A DNA stretch of 64,000 nucleotides from Gnetum montanum. Its lineage: Eukaryota; Plantae; Gnetophyta. Where the stretch lies: positions 62,001 to 126,000 of the forward strand of contig MNCI01002198.1 of NCBI GenBank assembly GCA_015680685.1, in the 5' to 3' direction. Position 1 is the stretch's first letter. Every line of letters begins with the position of its first letter. The translations under genes and the position numbers were made by a program. Positions 12,708 through 25,352 of this stretch are shown here, one piece after another. The notes beneath the pieces were generated by a model. The model made no database searches, was not told where the DNA came from, and saw only the letters and a list, made by a program, of their open reading frames with translations.

Positions 12708-13681
12708 TGTTGGAAAAACTTAGATCTTGGCTTATAATCTCTGTTTGGAACTTTTAACAAATAACTGAAGCTCAATTGATGCTGTTTTCTTGTTAATTTT
12801 CATTGCTCCTCTCACTGCTAAATCTACTTTTATATATCTCTGTTAATATGCTAGTCAATGTGTTATTCCACTACACTGTTTCACTACAAGTTTTGTTGTG
12901 CAGTACTACAACAATGCACTTCCACTGCAATATTTTGCCACATTATTTCTCATCAAGATGCTTCTGTTATAATCAGATCTGAAAAACACAGATCTGAAAA
13001 CACACTACAAATGCTCTAGAGAAATTATTAAAAACCCTACAGATCTGAATAAATCATTAGAGGCAAAATATTGCACTGTAAGAAACACTATAAACCACTC
13101 TCAAAACATTCCAAACTCTAGCAAACATTTGCTGTGATAACAGAATGAAAGCAAAATGAAAACAGTAAAAAGGAAATAACACAAGAACACAGAGAGTTAC
13201 GTGGTTCGGGCCCCTTTTACCGTACTTTCACAACAATGCTTATCTGTCTTCTATTCTTCTCAAATCTTAAGGACACAAGCCGTCCTTGCAACTTTTCAAA
13301 CACACAATCTGTTATTCTAACAAATCTCAGATCAACACCAACAAGACTCACGTCCCCAAGGTAAAACCTTGATACAATGCTTTCACATTGAAGCACGCCC
13401 TAAAGGCTACCCCAAGCCTTCTATTTATGAAGAAACATGAGGACCAAACCCCAATCCTAATACATGTGGGATAAAACACCAAGCTTCCTATTTTTGAAGA
13501 AACATGAGGACCAAACCCCAATCCTAATACATGTGGGATAAAACACCAAGCCTCCTATATATGAGAAAACATTAGGACCAAACCCCAATCCTAATACATG
13601 TGGGATAAAACACATCCCCACATCAAATGCAACATAAAAGGAAATACAACAATTAATGTATTTGTCTTCATTTTTCCAACA
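12708..13681 (-). mobile_element. solo LTR, Copia-type (974 bp)
   Basis: 11-bp inverted termini TGTTGGAAAAA...TTTTTCCAACA and a Copia U5-like CCGAACCACGTAA on the minus strand (about 13200). Flanks GCTAT and ACTTC do not form a TSD. Confidence 0.75.
13412..13613. repeat. 3 x 67-bp tandem repeat in the LTR U3
   Basis: CCAAGC..GGACCAAACCCCAATCCTAATACATGTGGGATAAAACA begins at 13412, 13479 and 13546. Confidence 0.93.
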
Positions 13682-13817
13682 ACTTCTTCTACTTTTTCCT
13701 ATCAGTCCTATGTATAGTTTTCTATAAGAACACGCTAGTTGATAAGCACCTTTAGAATGCTATCACTTTAATCTTTCATTCTAACAGCATACGATTTTGA
13801 AGATAGATATGTTATCC

Positions 13818-14651
13818 CATACTTATGAAGATCAGATTGGATCGCAGGTCATTTTTTCAGTCCTAAAATTTCTGATCACAGATTGTGATTCAAAATCATG
13901 CAGAATCACATTATTAAAAAATATTGAATTTTTAATCATTTTCAAAAGCATATGCAATTAAGAAAAACAAAAAATTGAAAATCCATTTAAAAACAATATA
14001 TTCAGCATTAAAATAGAAATTTATAAACATATTAATATAACAGCATTGCATCAAGCTAGAACATTAACAAAAATTCATTGTTTATACTCTCATATACATT
14101 ACAAAAAGTTTCAAATGTAAGCTACACTACAAGTTGTTTCTTTGTGCTACACTGCAGTATTCAGTATTCACTATCAACTAAAACAAATGAGCTGAGGTAT
14201 GGCTGAAATCAATTGTTGAAGTGATTCAAAATGAGTTGAAAAATGCACAGTTGGGCTTTTGAAGAATGCACTACTAAAATCCTACATATGTATTGCTCCT
14301 TGCAGAAAAATTGGCACTCAAAGCACCAAAAACCTTGAAACTGTTGATGACACATACCTAGAATGTCCCATGCTCATTTTTTTAACTTGTATAGCTGTAT
14401 TGAGTCTTGAATTTTGTCATCCAGATGGTGTTTTAATGTTTAAAAAAATGGTTCACATTGAAAAAGTGTAAACTTCTAATTGGTGTTTTTAAAGATTCCA
14501 GGATCATCTGGAATTGCCTGGAATCATCCAGAATCATGATTCCAAAATCCGAAATCACCTGAAATTGTGATTCCAAGTTGGATTGCGATCCAAAATAGAT
14601 CTGGATCATTATTGTTTGGATCGTGATCCTAATCCAATCTTCATAAGTATT
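13818..14651. mobile_element. non-autonomous hAT-type DNA transposon (834 bp)
   Basis: TIR (C)ATACTTATGAAGAT...ATCTTCATAAGTAT(T), exact 8-bp TSD TGTTATCC at 13810-13817 and 14652-14659, and subterminal GATC/GAATC repeats. Confidence 0.88.
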
Positions 14652-15126
14652 TGTTATCCTATATTATAATCCATTGTAGTTTATTTAAAATCTTTGCATA
14701 ATATGACAATATTGCTAACACTTCTTTAGTATAGCAATCCTTATTAATTAATTATTTAAGTTTATTTTCAGGAACCCATGCTCTAAGTTCTAGCATGTTT
14801 TTAGCAAGACAACTGTTAATAGTATCCTTCAAAGCCTTTAAAAAGTATTTAAGATATAACGAGATAGTTTAACAGGATTAAGATGTCTGTCCTCATCTTT
14901 TAAATTTTTTATGTTGGGACTGTTTTCGCTCAAAGCTCTTATTTATTTATTTATTTGGGCTAGCTAAAAATTTCTTTCTGTTTTGACATTTTAAACTTTA
15001 ATTTTGCCTCCTAAGGGAACGCATGCACTTCCTGTCATCTTTGATAAACACATCATGCAGAAAGAAATATTTACACAATACATGTAACTAAGTGGTTTAA
15101 CAACAAAGATTAAATATCACCATTAC

Positions 15127-16893
15127 CTTATCTGCAGAACGAGATTCCTGAATATACACTGAAGTCTCTCCATCAGAATCACCAATTTCTTCACACTCAA
15201 ATTGTACATTTCCATTGGTCTCATCTTCAGAGTCACTTAGCTCCTCCTGCTCCATTACTATGCCAGGCAAGGAATCATCATTCAAATATAAAAATCCTGC
15301 TTGTGCTTCCTCCTGTCTAACAGGATCTGAGAATGTCATATCAATAGGAGTTCTAGCATCAATATCTCCCTTGGAATTCAATGAATCTAATTGACAGGCA
15401 TCTTGTTTTCCATAAACATAAGATTCTGTCTTGTTTTCGTTTTCTTTGCAGCCACCAGAATTTGAAATAACCAAAAGTTGTTTTGCATCAGATGTGTGTT
15501 GTCCTGTAACATGTTTAGTACTGGCCTGCTTCTTTCTTGCAATACCATTTTCCTGATCTAAAACTTCAAATGTAGCACCTTTGACAGGTGTCAAAGTCTT
15601 AGATATTTCTTCCTCTGCAGAAAGCTTTTCACTCCTGCTATCATTTATACTCTTCTCAGGTTCTTCATTTGTGTTGCAAGCATGACTTAAATCTATCCGT
15701 TGATGTGAATTGTCATGTATATGTATGTCAATAGAAGAATTAACTATGCTTGAGGTACCCTGTGGAGGATGAACTTCAGTAGCAGTGAAAGACGCAGCAA
15801 CCCTGGGTACATCCACATTTCTCTGTAGCAAGGGATGGAAATCAGGATTCTTTGTTGACACATTTGTAACTTGAGCAGCAAGCTGTGTTGGCTGATATTT
15901 CAACAAGTTGTTATTTTGAAACGCTGATGCAAAATGAGCATCTGCGTGTTGTAGATGTCCATTAATCTTCATCTGATAAAGCTTGAAAGTGTCAGTGTTT
16001 TGCAATAACATTGGGTGCACTTGGAAATTATCTACATCATTCACACCATCATGAGTTTCAACCATTCTAGACTCCATGCTTTTGTTTCTTGGTGCCTCTG
16101 CAGATTGAAGCTGAGCACAGCTAGGAATCGACTCTGCACTCTTCAAATGCTGAACTTTCTTGTAATAGTTGTCTTCCACAAGCGTTTTCTCAGCAGGAAA
16201 ACCCTTACACAAACCTGAGTTGGATAGAGACCCAGTTGCAATGCTCGATGAATTGCTCTTAATTCTATTGTCTCTCGTATTTTTTGGCACTTGTGTATTT
16301 GTTACTAGGCTTGAAATACTGGATGGTAACCGTGGAACCCCATCAGAGGGGCGGCAATGACTCCTCATCAATGAAGCACGAGATATAACCCTCACAGTTG
16401 GTGGAAGGTTCACGGTAGGCAAATCAGGAGCTAGCTTGACAGTGCGAGAAATGTTTTTCTTGCGTGACCGATAAGGCCGTAAATTTATTTGAGTTTTCGT
16501 CTGTCTTCTGTTAAGAGAGGCAAAAGGGTTCAAAGCAGAAGTAGTGCAATCTGGCATTTGAGAGACATGGACCATCTTGGATGGCCTCTGGATAGAACTT
16601 TCGCTAATTGTTGTTTGAACAGAAGGCCATATCTGCATAGATGTTGACTGATAATTATGTGCATATTGTGTGACTGTTTTTTCACTCAATTTCTCTCCTT
16701 TCTCTATTGCCAAATTAACATTAAAACAACTGACGCTGTTCTCATGCATTTGCGGTGTTGAAGAAGCAGGTCCAGACGTAGAGAGCTTCCCATCTGATGC
16801 AATAAATGCTTCATGAATATAAGATTCACCTGCTTCATCTGCATTGTCATCACCACTATTTTCTTCTCCATCTTCATTTTCAGTGTATAATGC
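15127..16893 (-). CDS. DUO3: DUO3 coding exon 7
   Basis: Acceptor TGTAG, in frame with ORF 15097-16749. Motifs YIHEAFIA, VKLAPDLPTVNLPPTVRVIS, DFHPLLQR, IVMEQEELSDSEDE and VQFECEEIGDS. Donor AAG|GTAATG. Confidence 0.9.
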
Positions 16894-16991
16894 CTACATT
16901 GTAAAAGGTCATATGTAAGTTTTGGCAAGCATACAAGTAGAAAACACAAAAGAATACTCAACCACAGTGATCAAATAATTGAACTATTTAC

Positions 16992-17213
16992 TGTTTCACT
17001 GTCTGCAGTATTATGCACTTCTATCAGTCCTGCCTTTGCTTTTCGCCTTCTTGCTTCATACAGCCTTCTCCTTTCCCTAGTTGCAACATCAGCTTTGTAT
17101 GACTTCTGTATCCCCTGAGAAATCCGCCACTGTCGTGGCAACAAAGCTGGATCCCGGTAAGGAACACAGTATTGCCACACTTGGATCCAGTTTCCGTTGA
17201 AATGTTTGAGGCA
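16992..17213 (-). CDS. DUO3: DUO3 coding exon 6 (homeodomain-like/Myb region)
   Basis: Acceptor TTTGCAG, reads CLKHFNGNWIQVWQYCVPYRDPALLPRQWRISQGIQKSYK..RRRLYE.., donor ACA|GTAAAT. Confidence 0.9.
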
Positions 17214-17556
17214 CTGCAAAACACATTTCGTAAGAAAAACTTTGATACTTTACAACAAGCAAAATATTAAGGTGCAAATGAATAAACTGCCAAACACAGG
17301 CACATTAACGCAAAGGCATGCACACAAGGAACATTCTGAAACTTCAGATTCTATAGAGTAAGAAATAAAAAGTGGACAACTTAAGGGCTATCATATTTTG
17401 ATGCTTTACATCGTACAAAGTATTCGGAAAAATGGACAATCTGTAAAATCATATCTGTCGGCATAAACAAATTTTGAAGAATATTTGAAGAATGCATCAG
17501 ACAGAATACAAAGAAGCAAAAATAGAAATGCAGAATGACTCTGTGCAAGTGCTAAC

Positions 17557-17616
17557 CTCAGTGATACGTGTCTTTTCTTCTAATGTCAAAGGAGATGACT
17601 TCATTTGCCGAACTGC
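17557..17616 (-). CDS. DUO3: DUO3 coding exon 5 (60 nt)
   Basis: Acceptor CTGCAG, reads AVRQMKSSPLTLEEKTRITE, donor GAG|GTTAGC. Confidence 0.9.
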
Positions 17617-19519
17617 CTGCAGTTGCCGATTCATTAACAAATGGCAAGAGATATTAAAAATTAAAGTGGAATAAGAAGCAAACGTAGAACAGATAAATAA
17701 TATGTCAAGAAAAAATATTGATGTAATTGCATAGATGCAGTCATTGTGAAAAAAAGGGATCTCCCCATCACATTCAAAATTACCAGTCCATTCAATTACT
17801 TAAAACAACAACATAATTTCACTATCTCATATCATTTCACCGGTAATGTTATCACAAGGATAATTTATGCTACACCTCTAACAGACATCGGCCAGATTAG
17901 TGTAAAACATTGCACATTATCTTTGATCTAATCCATCGTTTTCCCGAAAAAAAGTTGTAGCACTACCCAGCTCTTCCTGCAAGATCGTATGTATTCTCTA
18001 AAACTTGGCCTGGACCACCTTTTGCAAACATGGAACCCTTTATTTTTTCAGAGAAGGGCTATGATTCAGATTCTTCCCAGGATTTTGCTCATCCACATCG
18101 TGTGTACTGGTTGAATTGGAATGTTACTGTAAGTATTATGTTTCACGATGATTACATGGCATAGATATGATTCCGGTTAGCCTCTGAGTAACCACACTCA
18201 TGAAACCCTCTGTAGTAAAAGACAACCATACCCTGCAAATAGCTAATTTTGATAGGGGACTACTAAGAAAACATCAATAATGCTTAAAGAAATTAATTGC
18301 AGAACTTTCTTTGGCAAAATACCTAGCAATTTCAAATTGTATTCAAGATTTCAGCTGCTCTTTTACAATTTATTTCTGAAGTGATATCCTTTTCCCTTTT
18401 TGCAACAAGTCTCCAGCAAAAGTCTCTCTCTCTCTCTGCTTCCTTTATGTTATCTCTCCTATTATTTGGTTTCTAAAATGAGCACTACTAATGAATAGAA
18501 AGATTTTCCGTGAGCACAAAAAGAATTAGACATGAATGGCATCAAACAAACTGTGCCATATGTATGGCCTGGGATGATAGGGTCTTGGCTGTGATTTTGG
18601 CTAGCAGAAAGGATATGACACCCAATGGCATTGTAATAGGTGCATGCACTAAATATATTCATGGGCAGGCAGAAAAATTATATACTTGAAGATTGTGAGT
18701 ATGCACATTCACATTTCATGATGCACAACCCTCTTTTCAAAAAAATGGTTGATTCCACAGGAAAACAGAGAGAGCAGATGAACTTTGCATGAAATGTATC
18801 ACAGTAGTCAGTTGTGGCGGAAAATGGCAAAATGCCAAGTGATTTGCATCATGATTCTTGGTAATAATTTTGTTTTTCCCTAGAACATAAAACCATAATA
18901 TTTCTGTTGAATTTTGTGGTTTCAAATGAAAAATTTCACATCCCTAGTACGTTTCATAAGTGGACCACTTATAGTCTGAAAGAACACATTATCATTTTTT
19001 TTTAATGAAATTTATTTTCACCTTCAAGGGAAGTGAACTTCCCGTTGATAATTCATGGTGTCATGGAGTAAAGTCTATTCCAAAATGTGTTGTTTGTTCC
19101 CATCTTTTGTCCTAGTGGACTCTTGTTATGACTAGTGTCGTAAGTCCAGATAACCTAGTCCACAATTTTTCCTTACACAACATTTCATATGAGACTGAGC
19201 GGTGCTAAATGTTTTCAGAGGCAGCAATAATACACCTCCCATTGTGCCTCTGTGAACATAGCTCCTTTCTACCATACTACTAGGACCTCTAGATCACCCA
19301 GCTGAACTACTGCAGTTCAGTGGGAAGCCCAATCTTTGTATGATCCATTTTAAATAATTTCTCTCTTTACCCAATGTTGCTATGTTGTAAAGTCAATTTA
19401 TGTTAATTTCCAGCAGGCCACTGCTTTCGTTGCTATTAAGGAGCATCGGGCAATGCTTGACCACATTTACTTGCAGCTTCAACCCACCTGCAAGTGCGCA
19501 TGCCTGCCACAACACATGT

Positions 19520-19860
19520 GAGGGGTGTGTTGTGTTTCTTTTTTGGTTGGTTGGTCCTATTTTATTTTGGCCCTGCCTTGTTGGCTGGGCACGTTATGTT
19601 GGTTTTCTGCCATTTGGGTCTGGGGGGCATGGCCTCTGTTGCCGATCTTTCCTTTGTTGGCGGTGGGGCTGCAGGTGGGGCCCCTTGACTTTGTGTTTGT
19701 TTTACAGGGGTTGTGTTGTTGGGCATGCTGGGGTTAGGGGTTCCTTAGCCCAATTTTTGGGCTTCGGTCACTTTCTCTGGGGGGTGGTGGCTCCCCTCTA
19801 ATATTGTACATTTTACAGCGGATTTTAATATATTACCCAAAATTTTCTATTAAAAAAAAA
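19520..19860 (+). mobile_element. 5'-truncated LINE 3' end with poly(A)
   Basis: G/T-rich block ending TAATATATTACCC..TTTCTATT followed by a poly(A) run; same 3' architecture as the L1 at 11005. Confidence 0.6.
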
Positions 19861-21774
19861 GTGTGACATGCAGGTGGGATCATGGGGACTTTTTTAAAAA
19901 TAATATATAGGTAATACTTATGTGTTGAGCTCTTTATAAAGTCCTAAACTTTGGTTTAATCCAAGCCATTGTTGTAATCTGAAAAGTCGTCATGAATAAA
20001 TTTGAAGCAGTAGCATATATGTCGTATGTTACCCGGTTTTATTTCTGCATACATAGTTCTGTGCTTTTTGAAGTTAACACACATTTGTCTGTTTCCTGTG
20101 CTTTAAGGGCTTTTATCATCTAAAATAATGTCTTTTTTCTTTTTAAATCACATCTTTCCTATATGCTCAGTTTTTTCTAGGAATTTGATTCTGTTTCTTC
20201 ATCAAAATCTCCCTGCCACAGATTTGATTTAACCTGTATTACCTATCACCCCACTACTGCATCTTCTCCTACAACCAGCACCTTCAAGTTCACGGCATAG
20301 AAGTGTCAGTGCACCTAGATGTAGAATTGTATGATTCATATGAAGCCACAGTGAAAGCAGGATAGCACTGTCTTGTCATAAAATCATCCAAGTCCTAAAA
20401 TGACATACTTAAATAATCAATGAAAAGCAAAAGGACATAGACAATTCGTATTTTAGAGATTCGTATCATGATTGGAGCATATCCTTCTATACAAAAGATG
20501 AAACTTAATACCAAAAAAGATAAGCACTCTGGAATAGGCAGGATATTCCTTCTAAGTGTCCTAATTAATTAATTTTCAACATAACAGCAACGATTCGTTA
20601 ACTGGTAGGTTCAATACAAAGTTATAGTCAACTCTAAACCCAAGAACAGCACATGAAATATGTTCTCTACGAAGGGTATATGAGAAAAAACAGAAACTTC
20701 AAAAATTCTGTGAAAATGGGTTTAGAAAATGTGCTAAAAGATGTATGTTACTATTACGAAAAATCAATTTCATAATTAACCAAGAACAATCAACAAAACA
20801 TTTTTGTGATCTTAGAAACCAAACAAGTACTGACCCTTTAACTAAATGGCACAACCCAAGGATCAAAACATTGTGTGTTCAAGGTTTCATAAAAGTCCAT
20901 ATGAACTTGAGCTAAGCAAACACAATAAAGGATTGAAGTTAACCACACTTGGGTAATCAAAGATGAAGAAATTTCAAAGACACTATCTGGAAAAGGTTTT
21001 AACACTGATAATGCAGTAAAGCAAGTTGAAGCTATAAAAGTAGTACAGAAAATACTTCAGTAAAGACTAGTTACCAACTTCACAAAACTAAAACTGAGTT
21101 TTGAAAGTTGGAACTAATGAACTAAATTAGAATTTCGCAGTGAAGTTGGAGACTGCAAAATTGGCCATCAATGCATGTTGTCTTGATGAGTTTCATGGGA
21201 TCCTTGAGCTCAATAGCTGTGTGGTTAACACCAGTTGCAAAATATAGTTTAGTTTCAGTTGTGAAATTGAGCTTAACAGTTGTACAAGTCTCTAGACAGC
21301 TCACCAAATTATGTTTCTTATGAATTTGAAGTTGTAATTTTATCGAACAAAGTAGTTCTGCGACTGAAAATTAAGCATTTCCGTTGTTTAACTAATTCAT
21401 TCAATCTCGTCCCATGCAAAGAAGGTTTAACAACACAAAACAAATTAAAAAATGGATGAAACCATAATTAGGACAAACAATGTATGCTGGGGGGACGATT
21501 TCCCATTTGCAACCTAGCATGTGCAAAACTAAAGAAAGCAAAATGACACAATAGAACCTGAATATACTAACACCATGCAACCTTGAAATGTTACAGCTAC
21601 TGCATATTTTAGCCGGTGAAAAGAGCCCAAAGAGATTAGAACTTTGAACTCAGGTGATAATGGGCTGAAGCCCAAATACGTTATATTTTACTAAACAACA
21701 CATGATATACTAAAACAATATTAAACTTTGTTGACAGTCATTATTTTCTGTTTGGAAGAAAATAACTTCAATAC

Positions 21775-21831
21775 CTTTATTGAATTTTCTGGAGCACGAG
21801 ATGAACTGCGATTTTTCGCCCTAACATATAT
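21775..21831 (-). CDS. DUO3: DUO3 coding exon 4 (57 nt)
   Basis: Acceptor TTCCAG, reads IYVRAKNRSSSRAPENSIK, donor AAG|GTATT. Phase 0/0. Confidence 0.9.
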
Positions 21832-23342
21832 CTGGAATTGTAATTGAACCAAAAAAACAAACTCAAAATTTATTCAGAAAATAATGTAGTACTCAGCATA
21901 ACAAAACTGTAAAAAAAAAACAAAAGAAGGAAAATTACTGGCCAAAAAAATAAAATAATAATAGAATGCCAAAAATAATATATAAAAACCAACATGAACA
22001 ACTTTTAAGTGATGTTGCAGATCCTTTAGTTTTGGTCATAACAGCACACGAGTAGATTACTTGACCAAGTTAGCTAATAGTTTACAGGTATTAGCTGAGA
22101 ACCTTGTTTCATATATTTTTCAAGTACTTATCCAAAGCTCTGGAATAAGAATGGAAATCTTACTTTCTATAGTGGCAGGGTCACTAAACCAATATTGAAG
22201 TGTACATCACAAAATTTGAGCAAAAAAGCCTATAAGAATATACACTAAACAACACCATTCCTCCAGCTGATTCCTTTCCAGATTTTTGTTGAATCCTTCC
22301 ACCTCCATACATTCACAAACCACACAGTTTAACTTTTTTTGTTAAAACATCCTACAGATTATGCCCCTCCACAATACACACCAAATATCCAGCAACAACA
22401 TCAGCTGAACTCTCATTTTCAGTTTACCAGCATCATGCTGGTCCCTTAACCTAGTGAAATCCACCACAATTTCAGAAACCAAAGAAAGCCCACCTTGGAA
22501 CATTACGAGCCCAACTATGGAGAAATTCTTTTCTTTTTCAGTGACATTCTATTATTTTGCTTTGATTTTGTACCATGGAAACGTCCCAAAAATGGATAGC
22601 AACAATTGTCATTTTTCTATTTAAAAAAATTAAAACATTAAATGATATAATATAAATTGATGTGGAAGAGCTAAACCAGAACATGAATTTTACAATTTGT
22701 CACAGACAAAAAAAGCTCATCCTCCAAAACAGCAAAGGATGAACAATCCAGCAAGGTTTCAGGTCTATGTTTGAACATTGGGAGTGCTCTGGTGAAGGAC
22801 TGTAAAGGCTGCACTAACGAAGATGTTTTAGGTGTGTGCTGTGAGTAAATGCTGGGTCTGCTGAGAGTATTAAAGGTTTATCCTTTCGCTAGTACTACTG
22901 CAAAAGCTTCCAAAACATGCAATTTTCTGGTGAAGAGGAAATTTATGCATGCACCGGAGGATCTATTGCTTCATACATTTCCTCAGTTTTGTTGACTCAT
23001 ATATTTCATGTTTGGGTCAATTCTTGCATCATTATACAGCTCATCCTGACGTAATGGTGCATGTATATTTGTGTATAATGTTTTTATATTATCATTCCTT
23101 TACAGTTAATTTGGAATAGCAGTTCTCTACTTTCTACCGCATCAATAGCATTTTAGCATGGTAAATTATAGCAACACCTACCGGCAAAGACCTATATGTT
23201 AGTATTTATACATCTCTAATGTAGTTTTGTAACCCATGTTGCTAATGGGAATTTTGGTGCCATGCTATATTACTTCTTTGGTTCTTTATATCATAAATCA
23301 TATGTCATATATAACTTGTATTATTCTCATTCACACTGTACG

Positions 23343-25352
23343 TGTAATACCCTGTGGTGAAACCCGGACCTTTGCTTTGCTATTTTATCTTTGTGCTATA
23401 TTTGGCTTTAAGCATGTCTTAGGTTATTCTAACATAGGTTTGATTAATGTATGTTAAGAACATTCGTTATAGCTATTCAGCAGCTTTTGTATAGCTTTAT
23501 TATAGCCTTTATTTATTTGCTATAGCTTTTACCCTTTTCATGCTTTAATGAAATTTGATCATGTGATCTTTTTTTAATGTTCACTCTCTAGCTATATTTG
23601 GTATTATGCTTCTTTGAGGTTTAAACCTCTTACTTCTCTTTTGATATTTGGAATTATTATAATTGTTTTTTTATAGCTTATTTTATTATTTTCCTTGGTG
23701 ATTACTAACCCTTGGTGTTTCTTGCTAAGAACAGAATGGAAGAATGTGGGCCCATGCTGATCATGTATTTGGTAATTTTATAATTAAAATATATTTTTTA
23801 ATATTTGGTAGCATGTCTTATTCCATAGAATGTTGTATTCTATTTTTTGCTTGTTGAACCCCCTTGCTTGGTTCCCTATTGGTTTATCCTAGCTAATGGT
23901 ACTATTTTGGATTTAACCCCAAATTTCATGTTGGACCCATGTAACCCTTGCTCCATGTAATTAACTCAATTGTGGAATTTTACCCAATTTATTTTTAGTG
24001 GTTTTTAACCAATTGTTATCAATAAAGCTAAGACATACCTCTCTTCCTTGCATGAAATTAGATGTGCCTGGTTCTTTCTCATTCTTGCCTTGGTGATTGG
24101 AGAACTTGTGGAGCCTTTGAGCCTTATTGTTGCAAAGCCTTTCTTCATCAAGAGAAGCCTAGATCTTGAGGTAGAGTAAATAGATCTTCAATGTTTGAGT
24201 TTCCAATAGTTGGATCTGATTTCCTTCTTTCCTATTTGTGTATTTTGATATTAATGCTTGATCTTGTTCCATCATGTTATTATTTCTTTCCTCCAACCCG
24301 TAATCCCGCCTCTCTACGTAATCTTCTTATGCATTTCTGCTTTTTGCAGATTTTCATGGCTCTTTTGACATTTTCAACGTTGTTTCCAGTCTGACATCTT
24401 CCTGGTAATCAGTGATAATGGGTAAGCGTGGTGAAGTCTGGTCCATGATGTTTTTCAAGTTTAAGGTAAGTGCTTGCAATGTCTCTTGGATTTAAGGTCA
24501 ACTTGCAATGTCTCCCAAGTTTAAGCTAAATACCTGTGATGCCTCCTGGATTTAAGGATAATCTATAATATCTCCCAAGTTTAAGATAGCTGCCTGCAAT
24601 GTCTCTTGAATTTAGGATCAGCACTTGTCCATGTTGCTTATGATTGTTCACATCAATTAACACTTTGGATTCATGATTCAGAATGCTATGGAATAGATCA
24701 ACCATAATGGTTATTTACTAGAATAGACAATAAAGCCAATATAGGTGTGGCCTCAAAACAGAATTCCTTGAGAGAAGTCGTTTCCTAGTATAAATCGTGG
24801 ATAACCTACTTCACTTAGCATTCTTATTTCACATCATGGTTTGGTTACATTTTGCTCGTAAAACATGCATTTTGAACATCTGGGCATTTGGCTAACATTT
24901 TGTCCAACAAGTGGGCCTCATTCTCCAACTATTCCAGTGCACCAAGTGGTTTACTCTACTAGAAGATTTCTAACCCTTCGAGCATATTTTTGATGCAGAC
25001 AATGGTAGTAGGAAAGGATAGAGTTAAGAGCTTGTTGGTTGGAATTTTAGATCAAGGACTTGAAGATTATTTACATTATGTTCTTTGATGTAATTAAGGT
25101 TAAAGGGACACTTTCTACTTGGAACTTTTACAAGGGTTGTGATGTAATGAGGTGTCTAAGCATAAACTCTGAATTTGGGGTTTTTACTCATGTTATTCAT
25201 CCTTGGAAATTAAGTTTGATTCTATACTGCTTATGGTTAAATTTGTCCTTCTGTTAATATTTGATAAGCATTATCAAATCACACACCCTTAAGCAATTAA
25301 GTTAAAACATTTTAGTTATGAAATTTATAAGTAATATTTTTGGGTCATGACA
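23343..25352. mobile_element. Gypsy-type solo LTR (2010 bp)
   Basis: Termini TGTAATACCC...GGGTCATGACA, with TSD GTACG/GTATG differing by one CpG transition. Confidence 0.85.
24445..24625. repeat. about 30-bp degenerate tandem repeat inside the solo LTR
   Basis: About 6 units of TGCAATGTCTC(C/T)..(CAAG/TGGA)TTTAAG, alternating between two variants. Confidence 0.75.

Noticed and set aside
13412-13613. Regular repeats as a CRISPR-like array
   Set aside because: The units are contiguous with no unique spacers and sit inside an LTR in eukaryotic DNA.
19400-19801. 133-aa Cys/Gly-rich ORF
   Set aside because: Low-complexity G/T-rich LINE 3' UTR; all three frames are open by composition.
20746-21435. 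Possible solo LTR in intron 4
   Set aside because: LTR-like composition, but I could not fix termini with a TSD.
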